From NCBI GenBank assembly GCA_965231135.1, contig OZ246419.1:8411-72410 (forward strand): a DNA stretch of 64,000 nt, read 5' to 3'. Positions within the stretch are counted from its first letter, which is position 1. The number at the start of each line of letters is the position of its first letter. Shown piece after piece: positions 37,665 to 48,696 of this stretch. The translations under genes were made by a program, and so were the position numbers. The notes beneath the pieces were generated by a model. The model was not told the DNA's origin and did not search any database. It saw only the letters and a list, made by a program, of their open reading frames with translations. The DNA comes from an uncultured Gammaproteobacteria bacterium. GTDB taxonomy: Bacteria; Patescibacteriota; Microgenomatia; UBA8517.

Positions 37665-39992
37665 ATGGCGGAGAAAAAAACTTTCAAAGATAGTACAGAG
37701 AAAAAACAAACTCTTGAAAAATTAATTGAGAAACCAATTCAAGAAAAGAAAAAAAGATTTTTTAGAGATACACATTTTAGAAAAAAAATTATTTTTTTTA
37801 CAGTTGTTATTGCAGGACTGGTATATCTTTTTTCTGGAATTCCTTTACCAACAAGCCTTGGGCAAAAAGAACCAGTTTCTACACAAATTTTTGACCGCTC
37901 GGGTAAACTAATTTACGAAATATTTGCTGATAAAAAACGTGACCCAATAAAATTATCTGACCTCCCTCCCTATGTAGGGAATGCTACTGTTTCTATTGAA
38001 GATAAAGATTTTTATAAACACAGTGCTTTCTCGCCGACTGGAATAATTAGAGCTGCTTATAGCACTGTTTTTAAAGGAGACTTACAAGGCGGAAGTACTA
38101 TTGAACAACAATATGTTAAAAATGCATTTTTGACACAAGACCGCACTATAAAGCGAAAAATTCAGGAATTATTCCTTGCAATGATTATTGAATCTATTTA
38201 TACAAAACAACAAATTTTGGAAGCTTATTTAAATCAAGTGCCATACGGAGGAGATGCATACGGAATAGAAAGCGCATCGCAACAATATTTTAACAAAAGC
38301 GCTAAAGATTTAGATTTGGCACAGGCAGCACTTCTTGCAGGACTTACACAAGCGCCGACTTATTACTCCCCTTTTGGAGCGCATCCGGAACTTGCAAAAC
38401 AGCGACAAATTGAAGTACTTAAATCAATGGTAACTAATAAATATATTACCGAAGCACAAGCTGATGCAGCTGAAGCAGAACCTCTTATTTATGCAGAACC
38501 ATCGCAAATACAGGCGCCGCATTTTGCACTCTGGATAAAAGATCAACTGGTACAACAGTACGGCGAACAAATGGTAAACGAAGGAGGGTTAAGAGTTTAT
38601 ACAACGCTTGATTTAGATTTACAGAATTTTGCACAACAAACTGTAGCTACAGAAGTTGGAAAACTTGTTAATCAAAACGTAAAAAATGGAGCCGTAATAG
38701 TAACCCGCCCCGCTGACGGAGAAATACTTGCAATGGTCGGCAGCAAAGATTATTTTGATGCAAAAAATGACGGAAATGTAAATGTTATTTTTGCTGACCG
38801 ACAACCCGGGTCTTCAATAAAACCTTTTAATTACGCACTTGCAATTCGCGACCGCAAAATAACTCCTGCAACAATACTTGCTGACGTGCCAACTTGTTTT
38901 GATGTTGCGGGACAGCAACCTTATTGTCCAGTAAATTATGATGGGCAATTTCATGGAGGCGAAGCTGTGCGATTTGCACTGGGAAATTCGTTTAACATTC
39001 CTGCTGTTCGAGTTTTGGCACTCAATGGTCTTAATAATTTTATAAATTTTGCGACAAGCGTTGGAATTACAACTTTTACAGACCCTTCAAAATACGGTCT
39101 TTCTTTAACATTGGGAGGAGGAGAAGTTACACCTTATGATATGGCTGAAGCTTACGGAACTCTGGCAAACGGCGGAATAAAAGAACCGCTTGTGGCAATT
39201 ACAAAAATTACAGACTGGAAAGGAAATGTACTTGAAGATAATAAACTTGATGATTTGACTGGAAATAGAGTCGTTCCGCAAGATGTTTCATTTTTAATTT
39301 CACAAATACTACTTGATAATAATGCAAGAGCGCAGGAATTTGGAACTTCATCTTACTTGGTAGTTTCCGGGCACCCTGAAGTATCCGTAAAAACTGGAAC
39401 AACCAATGACAGACGAGATAATTGGACTGACGGATATACGGGGCAGATTGCCGCAGTTGTTTGGGTTGGTAACAATGACAATACACCAATGAACGGAAGC
39501 GTTTCGGGAATAACTGGAGCTTCCCCTATTTTTAATAAAGTAATTGCATATGCGCTAAACAAAAGCGAGAAAGGGTTTTATAATAAGTCCGATGACGGGC
39601 ATGCCTGGCCAACACAACCGTCTGATGTTAAGGGCATGACAATTTGCGCTGATACTGGACTTGCACCAACAAGCGGCGATCCAAATAATCCTGGGTGCCC
39701 AGCAAGATTTGATTATTTTATTGACGGAACACAACCACAAGCAATTCCTACAATGACACAAAATTTAACTGTTTATAAAGATACACATATGATTGCATCA
39801 AGCAGCGCAACTCCTGACCAAGTACAACAAGAGCAACATCCGATTGTTCAAGATCCACTCGGAACAATTCTTTGTCTTGATTGCCCGCTTCCAACTTATA
39901 ATGTGACTATAAATTATCCAATATTTGGAGTAAGCGATAATTCGAAATTTACACCAACACCTATTGCAACGCCAACTCCAAGCGGACAATAA
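37665..39992 (+). CDS. Class A penicillin-binding protein (transglycosylase + transpeptidase)
   Basis: EDKDFYKH, QGGSTIEQQ, RKIQE, SSIK, SFN, KTG. Confidence 0.95.
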   Translation: MAEKKTFKDSTEKKQTLEKLIEKPIQEKKKRFFRDTHFRKKIIFFTVVIAGLVYLFSGIPLPTSLGQKEPVSTQIFDRSGKLIYEIFADKKRDPIKLSDLPPYVGNATVSIEDKDFYKHSAFSPTGIIRAAYSTVFKGDLQGGSTIEQQYVKNAFLTQDRTIKRKIQELFLAMIIESIYTKQQILEAYLNQVPYGGDAYGIESASQQYFNKSAKDLDLAQAALLAGLTQAPTYYSPFGAHPELAKQRQIEVLKSMVTNKYITEAQADAAEAEPLIYAEPSQIQAPHFALWIKDQLVQQYGEQMVNEGGLRVYTTLDLDLQNFAQQTVATEVGKLVNQNVKNGAVIVTRPADGEILAMVGSKDYFDAKNDGNVNVIFADRQPGSSIKPFNYALAIRDRKITPATILADVPTCFDVAGQQPYCPVNYDGQFHGGEAVRFALGNSFNIPAVRVLALNGLNNFINFATSVGITTFTDPSKYGLSLTLGGGEVTPYDMAEAYGTLANGGIKEPLVAITKITDWKGNVLEDNKLDDLTGNRVVPQDVSFLISQILLDNNARAQEFGTSSYLVVSGHPEVSVKTGTTNDRRDNWTDGYTGQIAAVVWVGNNDNTPMNGSVSGITGASPIFNKVIAYALNKSEKGFYNKSDDGHAWPTQPSDVKGMTICADTGLAPTSGDPNNPGCPARFDYFIDGTQPQAIPTMTQNLTVYKDTHMIASSSATPDQVQQEQHPIVQDPLGTILCLDCPLPTYNVTINYPIFGVSDNSKFTPTPIATPTPSGQ

Positions 39993-39994
39993 AT

Positions 39995-40126
39995 ATGAAA
40001 CTGCCAAAATATTTAACTACTGTTACCACTTTTTCTAAATTACTTGCTTTAATTTTATTTTTTACAATGCCTGTAATTGCATTTGAACTTGGGGGGTATT
40101 TTGAAATGATTCAATTAATGAAATGA
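39995..40126 (+). CDS. 43-aa single-TM peptide (not in ORF track)
   Basis: MKLPKYLTTVTTFSKLLALILFFTMPVIAFELGGYFEMIQLMK*; ATGA overlap with the next gene, whose signal anchor it resembles. Confidence 0.6.
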   Translation: MKLPKYLTTVTTFSKLLALILFFTMPVIAFELGGYFEMIQLMK

Positions 40127-40656
40127 AGAATTATAGAAAATATAGAACCTTAAGATACATTGCACTTTCATTTTTTGTAATTATTCCTGTGATTGCATTT
40201 TTTTTGGGAATTAAATACCAGGAAAATTTACACAGTAATTTAGTGTTACAAAATAATTCTAATTCCCCGATATTTTATACAAATACAAATTGGGGTTTTA
40301 CATTAAAGTTTCCTTCAACCTGGAATGGATATTTAGTTGATGAAACTGATGATTTAAATAAATATAAAGATCCTGGTTTTGCAAGTACTGCACAAATTTG
40401 TTTTCATTTTAATAGACCAACTTATGCTTCAGCGTGTATTTTATCAATATCTATTTTTTCTACAAAACAATGGCAAGATTGGACTAATTCCCGTGGTGGA
40501 GGTAAAATTCTTGGTGTTAAAAATAATTATTATTTTATAAGCGACAACAATATAGATAATGTTAATTGCAATATACCTGTACCTTATGATGCCTTTCAAT
40601 GTCAAAGGGCTTTAGAAATTAAGGATATTAATTCTACTTTCAAATTTACTAATTAA
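40123..40656 (+). CDS. Membrane-anchored extracytoplasmic protein (PsbP-like start)
   Basis: TM ending FFLGIKYQ, YTNTNWGFTLKFPSTW, INSTFKF; four Cys. Confidence 0.7.
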   Translation: MKNYRKYRTLRYIALSFFVIIPVIAFFLGIKYQENLHSNLVLQNNSNSPIFYTNTNWGFTLKFPSTWNGYLVDETDDLNKYKDPGFASTAQICFHFNRPTYASACILSISIFSTKQWQDWTNSRGGGKILGVKNNYYFISDNNIDNVNCNIPVPYDAFQCQRALEIKDINSTFKFTN

Positions 40657-40726
40657 GAACTGATTACAGTTCTTGTCATTTCGAATATTCATTCGAACAG
40701 ATAAATGATACAATACGTTCCAACTA

Positions 40727-42889
40727 ATGCTTCGTAGATTTTTTAAGTCCTTATACTTTATTGTCCTATTTATTGGGAGTTTTTGTAGTTTTTTGATCGT
40801 AGAAGCTATTAGAATTATTAAAGAGCCAAGGGAACAAGTTATCTATCAATCTAAAGATTATAGGAAGAAAAGAAAGCCGAAAATTTTCCATATTAAAATC
40901 ACTTTCTACCGAAAAATTGGAATTACTACGCGGATAAAAATATTATTTGCATTTGTTATTTTTATTTTAATAATTGTTGCTGGTATATGGTATTTTGTTT
41001 TTCGCGGACTTCCATCACCCAATCAGCTTATTAATCGCAAAGTTGATGTTTCTACAAAAATATATGACCGCAATGGAATACTTCTTTATCAAATCTACAA
41101 AGACCAAAACAGGACTCCGGTTGCCCTTCCTCAAGTACCTGACATTACTCGCAAAGCAACACTTGCTGCTGAGGATTCAAATTTTTATAACGAATATGGA
41201 TTTTCCTGGAAAGGAATCATAAGATCCTTACTTGCTGATATTACAAATCAAGATTTAACAGAAGGAGGGAGCACGATTACACAACAACTTGTAAAAAACA
41301 CACTTCTCTCCCCTGAAAAAACCTGGAGCCGCAAAATTAAAGAATTAGTTTTATCAATTGAAGTTGAACGTGAATTTAGTAAAGATCAAATTCTCTCCAT
41401 GTATTTGAATGAAGTTTCATACGGCGGAAGCGCTTATGGAATTGAAGCTGCTTCCGAACAATATTTTGGAAAGGATGTATCGCAACTGACAACCGCAGAA
41501 TCGGCACTTCTTGCCGGACTTCCAAAATCACCAACCACATATTCCCCGTTTGGTGCAGATCCAGACCTTGCAATTAACAGACAACAGGAAGTGCTTGGAC
41601 TTATGAAACAAGATAAATTTATAACCGCTGACCAATACAACGAAGCAATTAACGAAAAACTTAATTTTGCAAATAACCAAACTAATATTAAAGCGCCACA
41701 TTTTGTAATGTATGTCAGGCAAAAATTAGTTGATGAATATGGAGAAGATGAAGTTGAACGCGGAGGACTAAACGTAATTACAACACTTGATTATAATATC
41801 CAGCAAATTGCACAAGATGCTGTTACATCACAAGTTGCAAACTTAAAAGGATTGCATGTTACAAACGGAGCCGCAATTGTACTTGATCCAAAATCAGGAG
41901 ATATACTTGCAATGGTCGGGTCGACTGATTATTTTAATGCAACTAATGATGGTGAGGTAAATGTTACAACTGCACTTCGGCCACCTGGGTCCTCAATAAA
42001 AATTGTTAATTATGCATATGCCTTGGGACATGGATATACGCCGCTATCTGTAATTGATGATTCACCTATTACTTTTAAATTTGCTGGATCACCTTCTTAT
42101 ACTCCTGTAAATTATGATGGAAAATTTGTCGGGCCGATAACTTTAAGGAATGCACTTGCACAATCGAGAAATATTCCGGCGGTAAAAGTTTTGGCGTCAT
42201 ACGGAGTGCAGAACATGATTAATTTAGGACAAGCAATGGGAATTACAACCTGGAATGAAAAGAATACTTATGGGCTTTCATTAACACTTGGAGGAGGAAG
42301 CACAAGACTTATTGATATGGCGCGAGTTTATGCAACGGTTGCAGATTCTGGAAATAGGCCTGCCATAAATTCACTTCTTAAAGTAACTGATTATAAAGGA
42401 AACAATTTGCCATTTGATTGCGATACGGGAAACTGCGAAAGCGAAAATGTAATTGATCCACGAGTTTCTTACCAGCTTATTAATATTTTGTCTGATAATA
42501 ATGCACGGGCTCCAGAATTTGGGGAACATTCATCTCTAGTTATTAATGGCCATCCGGAAGTTGCTGTAAAAACTGGAACAAGTAACGATTTAAGAGATAA
42601 TCTTACAATTGGATTTAATCAGAATTATTTAACAGCTGTATGGGTTGGCAACAATGATAATTCGCCAATGGCAAGAATTGCATCAGGAATTACTGGAGCT
42701 GCACCAATTTGGAATGAGATAGAAGGTAAATTAATTGGAAGCGATAAACCAATAAATTGGAATGTACCTGATGGACTAATAGCTGCACCTTGCAGCAAAA
42801 ATGATTTATTTTTAAACGGAACTGATGTTAATAAAATTTGTGCAGGGCTTAATAAAATTGCGACGCCAAGCGCTACGCTAAATAATTAA
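40727..42889 (+). CDS. Class A penicillin-binding protein, second paralogue
   Basis: EDSNFY, GGSTITQQ, RKIKE, SSIK, SRN, KTG. Confidence 0.95.
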   Translation: MLRRFFKSLYFIVLFIGSFCSFLIVEAIRIIKEPREQVIYQSKDYRKKRKPKIFHIKITFYRKIGITTRIKILFAFVIFILIIVAGIWYFVFRGLPSPNQLINRKVDVSTKIYDRNGILLYQIYKDQNRTPVALPQVPDITRKATLAAEDSNFYNEYGFSWKGIIRSLLADITNQDLTEGGSTITQQLVKNTLLSPEKTWSRKIKELVLSIEVEREFSKDQILSMYLNEVSYGGSAYGIEAASEQYFGKDVSQLTTAESALLAGLPKSPTTYSPFGADPDLAINRQQEVLGLMKQDKFITADQYNEAINEKLNFANNQTNIKAPHFVMYVRQKLVDEYGEDEVERGGLNVITTLDYNIQQIAQDAVTSQVANLKGLHVTNGAAIVLDPKSGDILAMVGSTDYFNATNDGEVNVTTALRPPGSSIKIVNYAYALGHGYTPLSVIDDSPITFKFAGSPSYTPVNYDGKFVGPITLRNALAQSRNIPAVKVLASYGVQNMINLGQAMGITTWNEKNTYGLSLTLGGGSTRLIDMARVYATVADSGNRPAINSLLKVTDYKGNNLPFDCDTGNCESENVIDPRVSYQLINILSDNNARAPEFGEHSSLVINGHPEVAVKTGTSNDLRDNLTIGFNQNYLTAVWVGNNDNSPMARIASGITGAAPIWNEIEGKLIGSDKPINWNVPDGLIAAPCSKNDLFLNGTDVNKICAGLNKIATPSATLNN

Positions 42890-43749
42890 ATTTGATTTAT
42901 TACAATCATCATGAAGACAAAAAGAATTGCGCTTCCTAAAAGCGGAGGCATTTGAATTCCTACAGCTGCAACTATAAAACTTAAAAGAATTGGCAATGTA
43001 CTTCCGTGCATATCAAGTTGTAATAATTTTTTGAATGTATATTCTTTTTTCATTAACTTTAAGATTAAATAAAAAATTGCAGTGAAAATTAAAAGATAAA
43101 TTAATTGCCCTGCAAGAGACAAACCTGCAGCAATAAATGGCCAAATTACAATTGATAAAATAATTAAAATTATTATTCCTGGCTCTATATATTTTAAATA
43201 TGGAGAGATTTGTGTGATTAATTTATTGTATTCTCCTTGATTGATTGTGGTATTTGTAGATTTATCTATTGGATAAGATTGAAAACCAGTACCTGTATTA
43301 TCAACTGTAACAATTGTATCTGCCGTTACTAAAACTGCTGTATTTTTATTTTTAATATCTGACGGACTGGCATTAGTATCTATTGTTAAAGAATGAGCAT
43401 AATTTTTTGCTAAGCCAAATTGATTTAAGGAATCAATATAAATTGGCTCCTTTTCGTTTGTGCTAACTTTTCCGTCTTTGATCGTTACGACTAACCCTGT
43501 TGGATATAGCGAATTTGCTTTTGATTCAAAAGTATTTATAAATCCTGGAACTTTTGGCAAAACAATTGCACCAAGAGAGCCTGCAAAAACAATACTGCCG
43601 ATTAATGAAACTAAATAAAAAAGAAAGAATAAGTATTTAACTGAAAAAGAAAATTTTGCTTTTTTAATTTCTTTATAATATTGAAACTTGGTTAAACTTT
43701 TTACTAATACGTCGAAGAAAAATTTTATCTTTTTTACTATCTTATTCAT
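42886..43749 (-). CDS. DUF1189-like membrane protein
   Basis: TM, extracellular domain, then 3 TMs; ATG at 43749. Confidence 0.65.
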   Translation of the reverse strand: MNKIVKKIKFFFDVLVKSLTKFQYYKEIKKAKFSFSVKYLFFLFYLVSLIGSIVFAGSLGAIVLPKVPGFINTFESKANSLYPTGLVVTIKDGKVSTNEKEPIYIDSLNQFGLAKNYAHSLTIDTNASPSDIKNKNTAVLVTADTIVTVDNTGTGFQSYPIDKSTNTTINQGEYNKLITQISPYLKYIEPGIIILIILSIVIWPFIAAGLSLAGQLIYLLIFTAIFYLILKLMKKEYTFKKLLQLDMHGSTLPILLSFIVAAVGIQMPPLLGSAILFVFMMIVINQI

Positions 43750-44746
43750 GCGTACTCCAATCATACACTATTTTTGATATTTTAGGAATTTCTACATCGG
43801 CCTGGTCTTCGTCAATATCTTTGGACATGATTACTAAAATATACGGCTTTGCGGCATAAACAATACCTGCATCATTTAATTCTCCATCGTCTGCTCCATA
43901 TTTATGAACTACTTTAATGTTTGATGGAACTCCAGCTGGAATTAAATTTTCAAAATCTGTATTTGTTAAAAAGGAGTAAAATTCATCTTTTGAAGAATTG
44001 GAAATTAAATTGGTGTTATTTAATTGATAAAAAAGCGAACCGATATCATAAGGAGTTGTTTCACTTTGACTAAAATCTGTATTATTCATATTTAGATTGG
44101 ATATTTCGTTTGTCTCTGCATCCTGGCCCAATACATTTTCCATAATTTGAAAACCTGTATTATCGGAATTTTTTCCCATTGCCTGGACAATATCTTTGTA
44201 GGTTACAACTGTCCCCGGAGCCATGCTTGCTAAAATACCTGCACCTCCCTCATCATCGGAATATTTTAAAGTATATGAAGTTTGTGGATCTATTTTGCCA
44301 TTATCAACTGCCTGATAGTAAGCGATCATCAAAGGAAGCTTGAAAAGAGAAGCGCCGTCGAACTCAATATTGTCATTTATTCCAAGGGAGTAACTGCCAT
44401 CGACTGACTTCAAATAAATTCCATAAGTCCCTGTTAAATTGGAAATTTCATTATTTAATGTGGTATTTAATTCATCTGTGTCAGGAGTTGCAAGAGGGAC
44501 AAAATTATTTATGATTGGAGCATTTATTTTGGCAGGAACGGCAGTGCGCGAACTTTTTGATTTAATAAAGAAAATGATTGATAAAACAGGGAGACCAATT
44601 AGAAAAATAAAAATAATTAGTCGTTCTATTCTTCCCCATGGTTTTGGAGGTTCTTCTTTTTTCTTTCTACGCCTAACTGGTTTTATTTCAGGAATTGGAT
44701 CTAATTCCTCATTTTCTTCTTTCTTTTTTCTGAAAGGTAAATTCAT
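43742..44746 (-). CDS. Membrane-anchored serine hydrolase, class A beta-lactamase-like fold
   Basis: ASLFK (SxxK), SDN, HKYG, NDAGIV; N-terminal TM. Confidence 0.85.
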   Translation of the reverse strand: MNLPFRKKKEENEELDPIPEIKPVRRRKKKEEPPKPWGRIERLIIFIFLIGLPVLSIIFFIKSKSSRTAVPAKINAPIINNFVPLATPDTDELNTTLNNEISNLTGTYGIYLKSVDGSYSLGINDNIEFDGASLFKLPLMIAYYQAVDNGKIDPQTSYTLKYSDDEGGAGILASMAPGTVVTYKDIVQAMGKNSDNTGFQIMENVLGQDAETNEISNLNMNNTDFSQSETTPYDIGSLFYQLNNTNLISNSSKDEFYSFLTNTDFENLIPAGVPSNIKVVHKYGADDGELNDAGIVYAAKPYILVIMSKDIDEDQADVEIPKISKIVYDWSTHE

Positions 44747-44767
44747 AAGATTATTATACCTGAAGTA

Positions 44768-45721
44768 CTATTTTGCCAAGTTTTGCGGAACTTTACCTGA
44801 AGCAACATCAAGAATTGCATTAACTGCTAACTCTCCCATTTTGTTTCTGGCCTCATTTGTGGCGGATGCTATGTGTGGAGTTAATATTACATTTTCCATA
44901 CCCATTAATTCTGGATTAATTTCCGGCTCATTATCAAAAACATCAAGAGCAGCACCTTTTACTTTTCCACTTCTTAATGCCTGAACTAGAGCATGTTCGT
45001 CGACAATTGGACCGCGAGCGGTATTAACTAAAAATACTCCGTCTTTCATTTTTGAAAAAGCTAATTCATTTATTATGTGACGGGTTTCTTCGTTTAAAGG
45101 AACATGAAGACTTATAAAATCGCTTTTCATAAATAATTCGTCAAGACTTCCACACATAACACAAAATTCTTCGTTTTCATCTTTGTGGTGCTGACTATAA
45201 ATAACATTCATTCCAAAAGCATGGGCGCGAACTGCTGCCATTTTTCCAATACGGCCAAGTCCGATTACTCCCAAGGTTTTTCCCATTAAACTTTCGCCAA
45301 CAAAAAGATCAGGTTCCCAGCCATGATATGCGCCTTCGTGCACTGCGTGATCTGCTTCACTAACGCGGCGGGCAATATTTAAAATTAAGGCAATTGTATG
45401 CTCGGCAACCGCAACATTTACTTCATCGCAGGGAGTATTGGTTACGTAAATATTTTTTCTTTTAGCATCGTCTAAATTAATATTATCGAAACCGACTGCA
45501 TAATTACTGATTAATTTTAATTGTGGACCTGCTGCGTCCATTACTTCGGCGTCAATTTTGTCTGTTAATTGACTTAAAATAACATCAACCCCGCGAATTT
45601 TTTCAACTAATTCTTCGGCTGTTAATGGTCTGTCAAAATCAGAGACAACTACATCGTGATGTGCATCAATTAATTTTTGAATATGATTGCCGGGAATTTT
45701 TCTTGTGACTAAAATTTTCAT
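44768..45721 (-). CDS. D-2-hydroxyacid dehydrogenase (glyoxylate/hydroxypyruvate reductase family)
   Basis: AVGFDNI, GLGRIG, NTARG, LDVFDNEP, TPHIAS. Confidence 0.92.
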   Translation of the reverse strand: MKILVTRKIPGNHIQKLIDAHHDVVVSDFDRPLTAEELVEKIRGVDVILSQLTDKIDAEVMDAAGPQLKLISNYAVGFDNINLDDAKRKNIYVTNTPCDEVNVAVAEHTIALILNIARRVSEADHAVHEGAYHGWEPDLFVGESLMGKTLGVIGLGRIGKMAAVRAHAFGMNVIYSQHHKDENEEFCVMCGSLDELFMKSDFISLHVPLNEETRHIINELAFSKMKDGVFLVNTARGPIVDEHALVQALRSGKVKGAALDVFDNEPEINPELMGMENVILTPHIASATNEARNKMGELAVNAILDVASGKVPQNLAK

Positions 45722-46713
45722 AATTCTTCTACTTTAATGTTACTACTTCTTACTTTTTCAAGCCAAGATGGAATTTCACTATCATGTAATAATCCTTTTT
45801 GAGAACCGATGAAACTTATCACAGAACTAGAATTACACATCCCCCAAACTAGGGCTTCTTCTAAAGATTTACCTTTAATTAGTGCCGATAAACAGCCACT
45901 TCCGAATGCATCTCCTGCACCAGTTCTTTCAATCACTGGAATATTAAGAGTTCCTAACTTCCAATATTTGCCATCGGCTTTTGCAAAACAGCCATTTCCG
46001 CCATCTGTGATAATTGGAATTTGGACTCCAAGATTTGATAAACCATCTAATAAACTTTTGTGATTATTTTCAGATTTTTCAATCCCTGTTAATTTTTCGG
46101 CTTCTTCTTTGTTTACAAATAAACATACGGTACGAGATAAAATGTTTTTTAAACTTTCTATTCCGGCTTTTAGTTGCCAGCTGCCTGGATTAAAACCTAA
46201 CTTTATGTTTGGATTTTGCGCTAAAAGCTCATAAACCGATTCATAAAATTCTGCAAAATTTTCCCCCATTGAAGTTAAATAGATCCACTGAGGAATGGGA
46301 ACATCTACCGGAAATTGATAGATTTTTGGAGAATGATATGTAAAAATAGTACGCTCGCCAAGATATCTTATTACAATTGATGAGTTTGAAGTTGTGTTTT
46401 CATCTTTTTTAATAAAACCTGTATAAACTCTTTCTTTTTCAAGTGTCTCATATATTTGATTACCTGAATTATCCTGACCAATTGTTAGAAGAATTGCAGT
46501 CTCGACACCTAAACGACTTGCACCAACTGCGTTATTGGCAGCATTGCCGCCGACTGAATAATCAAGAGATTTAACTGGAATTTTATCTCCATAAGTAAAA
46601 CTAATCAGACATTTTTTATTGTCAATTTCGCAAGTTGTATCAACTTCACTTGGTTCTATAAAAGTATCAAGCGAGGCATCACCAATACTAAGAAGAGTGA
46701 AATTATTTGCCAT
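45718..46713 (-). CDS. PfkB-family carbohydrate kinase
   Basis: GGNAANNAVGASRLG, NKEEA, ERTGAGDAFGSG. Confidence 0.9.
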   Translation of the reverse strand: MANNFTLLSIGDASLDTFIEPSEVDTTCEIDNKKCLISFTYGDKIPVKSLDYSVGGNAANNAVGASRLGVETAILLTIGQDNSGNQIYETLEKERVYTGFIKKDENTTSNSSIVIRYLGERTIFTYHSPKIYQFPVDVPIPQWIYLTSMGENFAEFYESVYELLAQNPNIKLGFNPGSWQLKAGIESLKNILSRTVCLFVNKEEAEKLTGIEKSENNHKSLLDGLSNLGVQIPIITDGGNGCFAKADGKYWKLGTLNIPVIERTGAGDAFGSGCLSALIKGKSLEEALVWGMCNSSSVISFIGSQKGLLHDSEIPSWLEKVRSSNIKVEEL

Positions 46714-47686
46714 TTCGAGCGTTAGAATTTACCTTAGCAACTTCTAAAAATTTATCTTGAGCATCTTTAACCATTGTAGGATTTCCTTTCCAAATTTCTA
46801 AAGCTGAATTTTGAAGAGCTCTTCCAAAAGAGAAAGATAATTCCCAAGGAACGTCATCTCTTTTATTCATTTCTCTTAAATTATTTGCAGCTTCTTCTTC
46901 AGACTGACCACCAGATAAAAAGACAATACCTGGAATTTCTTGAGGTACACAATCTTTAAGAACTTCAATGGTTTTTTGGGCAACAGTTTCTGAAGTTGCA
47001 GTGCCCGATCCACTTCCAGGAAGAACCATATTTGGCTTGAGGAGCATTGCTCTAAAATTTACATTTTTGTCTTTTAGTTTCATAAAAACAATTCGCAAAA
47101 CACTACGAGTCACTTCATAGCATTTATCAATAGTGTGACTTCCGTCCATTAAAACTTCTGGCTCAACTATTGGGACAAAACCTGAGCTTTGTGCGATGGA
47201 TGCATACTCAGCCAGACGATTGGCATTTTCTTCAACACATTGAATTGAAGGATTGACTTCGGAAATAGAAAAAGCTGCACGCCATTTGGTAAATTGTAGT
47301 TTTAATTCTTTGTAATCTACCAATCTTTCTTTTAGACCTGTTAAACCGTCTGTTAATTTATCTCCCGGATAGCCTGCCATGTCTTCCATACCCTGATCAA
47401 CTTTTATTCCTGGGATAATTCCTTTTTTAATTAAAACATCTGTAAAGTTTTCTCCGGTTGATGTTTTATCTCTTGAAGTTTCATCAAACATTATCACACC
47501 GCTTATAAAATTTTCAATGCCTTGAGTTGTAAAAAGCATTTCGCGATAAGCGCGCCTTGCTTCTTGGGTTGAGCTTATTCCGACTGCAGTAAATCTTTTT
47601 TCAATTGTCGGGAAAGATTCATCAGCTGCCAAAATACCTTTTCCTTTTGTGACCAAGGCTTTGGCTAAATTTTCTAATTCGTCCAT
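46703..47686 (-). CDS. Class I fructose-bisphosphate aldolase (eukaryote-like type)
   Basis: GKGILAADES, GIKVD, KWR, PIVEPEV, LKPNMV, FLSGGQSE, SFSFGRALQ. Confidence 0.95.
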   Translation of the reverse strand: MDELENLAKALVTKGKGILAADESFPTIEKRFTAVGISSTQEARRAYREMLFTTQGIENFISGVIMFDETSRDKTSTGENFTDVLIKKGIIPGIKVDQGMEDMAGYPGDKLTDGLTGLKERLVDYKELKLQFTKWRAAFSISEVNPSIQCVEENANRLAEYASIAQSSGFVPIVEPEVLMDGSHTIDKCYEVTRSVLRIVFMKLKDKNVNFRAMLLKPNMVLPGSGSGTATSETVAQKTIEVLKDCVPQEIPGIVFLSGGQSEEEAANNLREMNKRDDVPWELSFSFGRALQNSALEIWKGNPTMVKDAQDKFLEVAKVNSNARNGK

Positions 47687-47703
47687 AAATTAACTATAAC
47701 ACG

Positions 47704-48696
47704 TCAGGAGTTTTTGCGCGCGATAACTTTTTTAACTTTTTCAATTATATTTTCTTTAGTTAAATTATATTTTTCTAATAATTCATCTGGACTTCCACTT
47801 TCTCCAAATTTGTCTTCAACTGCAACCATTTCAATTGGAGTTGGGAAATTTTTTGATAAACACTCAGCAACTGCAGAGCCGAGTCCTCCATTAATTTGAT
47901 GGTCCTCTACTGTAATAATTGCCCCACAAGTTTTGGCGGCTCTAATTATTGCTAATTCATCAAGAGGTTTTATCGTGTGACAATTTATAACTAAAACATC
48001 CATTCTATTTTGCAACCCTTTAGCGGCAAGTAAACTTTCATAAACTAATGGACCTGTTGCAATTATTGCAACTAATGGATTTTTGCTTTCCCAAAAAGTT
48101 TCAGCTTTACCAATATTAAATGGGGTTCTATCAGTTGTAAAAACAGGAGTACTGGCGCGAGTTAATCTAAGATAGCTTGGTTTATTATTTTTGGCAATTT
48201 CAAGCGTTGCTTTTTTGGCTTCTTCGGCGTCACAAGGAGAAATTACAATCATATTGGGAAGACTTCTCATTAAAGCAAAATCCTCAAGCATTTGGTGAGT
48301 TGCACCGTCTGGGCCAACAGTTAATCCTGTATGACTGCCGATAATTTTTACTGGAACATTGTTAATACAAATAGTGGTACGAATTTGTTCCCAGGTGCGA
48401 CCTGGAGAAAATACAGAATAACTTGCTGCAAAAGGAATTTTACCGTAATTTGCAAGACCTGATGAAACTGTTATCATTGCCTGTTCGGCAACACCGGTTT
48501 CAAAAAAACGTTGCGGGAATTTTTCTTTAAATAAATTTACATGAACGGACTCTTCAAGATCTGCAGATAAGGCAACAACATTTATATTTTTTTCTCCTGC
48601 AATTAATAATCCTTCGCCAAAACCAATACGAGTGGAAGCTTGTTCAATATTTTTTTTGAAAATATTTTCTGAAAGATTTTGTTTGGGATTAATCAT
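47704..48696 (-). CDS. Transketolase, C-terminal subunit
   Basis: GVAEQ, EQIR, GPDGATHQ, VEDHQINGGLGSAV. Confidence 0.93.
   Translation of the reverse strand: MINPKQNLSENIFKKNIEQASTRIGFGEGLLIAGEKNINVVALSADLEESVHVNLFKEKFPQRFFETGVAEQAMITVSSGLANYGKIPFAASYSVFSPGRTWEQIRTTICINNVPVKIIGSHTGLTVGPDGATHQMLEDFALMRSLPNMIVISPCDAEEAKKATLEIAKNNKPSYLRLTRASTPVFTTDRTPFNIGKAETFWESKNPLVAIIATGPLVYESLLAAKGLQNRMDVLVINCHTIKPLDELAIIRAAKTCGAIITVEDHQINGGLGSAVAECLSKNFPTPIEMVAVEDKFGESGSPDELLEKYNLTKENIIEKVKKVIARKNS

Noticed and set aside
40681-40696. LexA (Cheo) box upstream of the second PBP
   Set aside because: GAAT-N4-ATTC deviates from GAAC-N4-GTTC in both halves, and no such box was seen before mutM or the ligase operon.
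43742-44746. Beta-lactam resistance gene
   Set aside because: It has the fold motifs only; the membrane anchor, KYG in place of KTG and PBP context fit a cell-wall serine hydrolase better.
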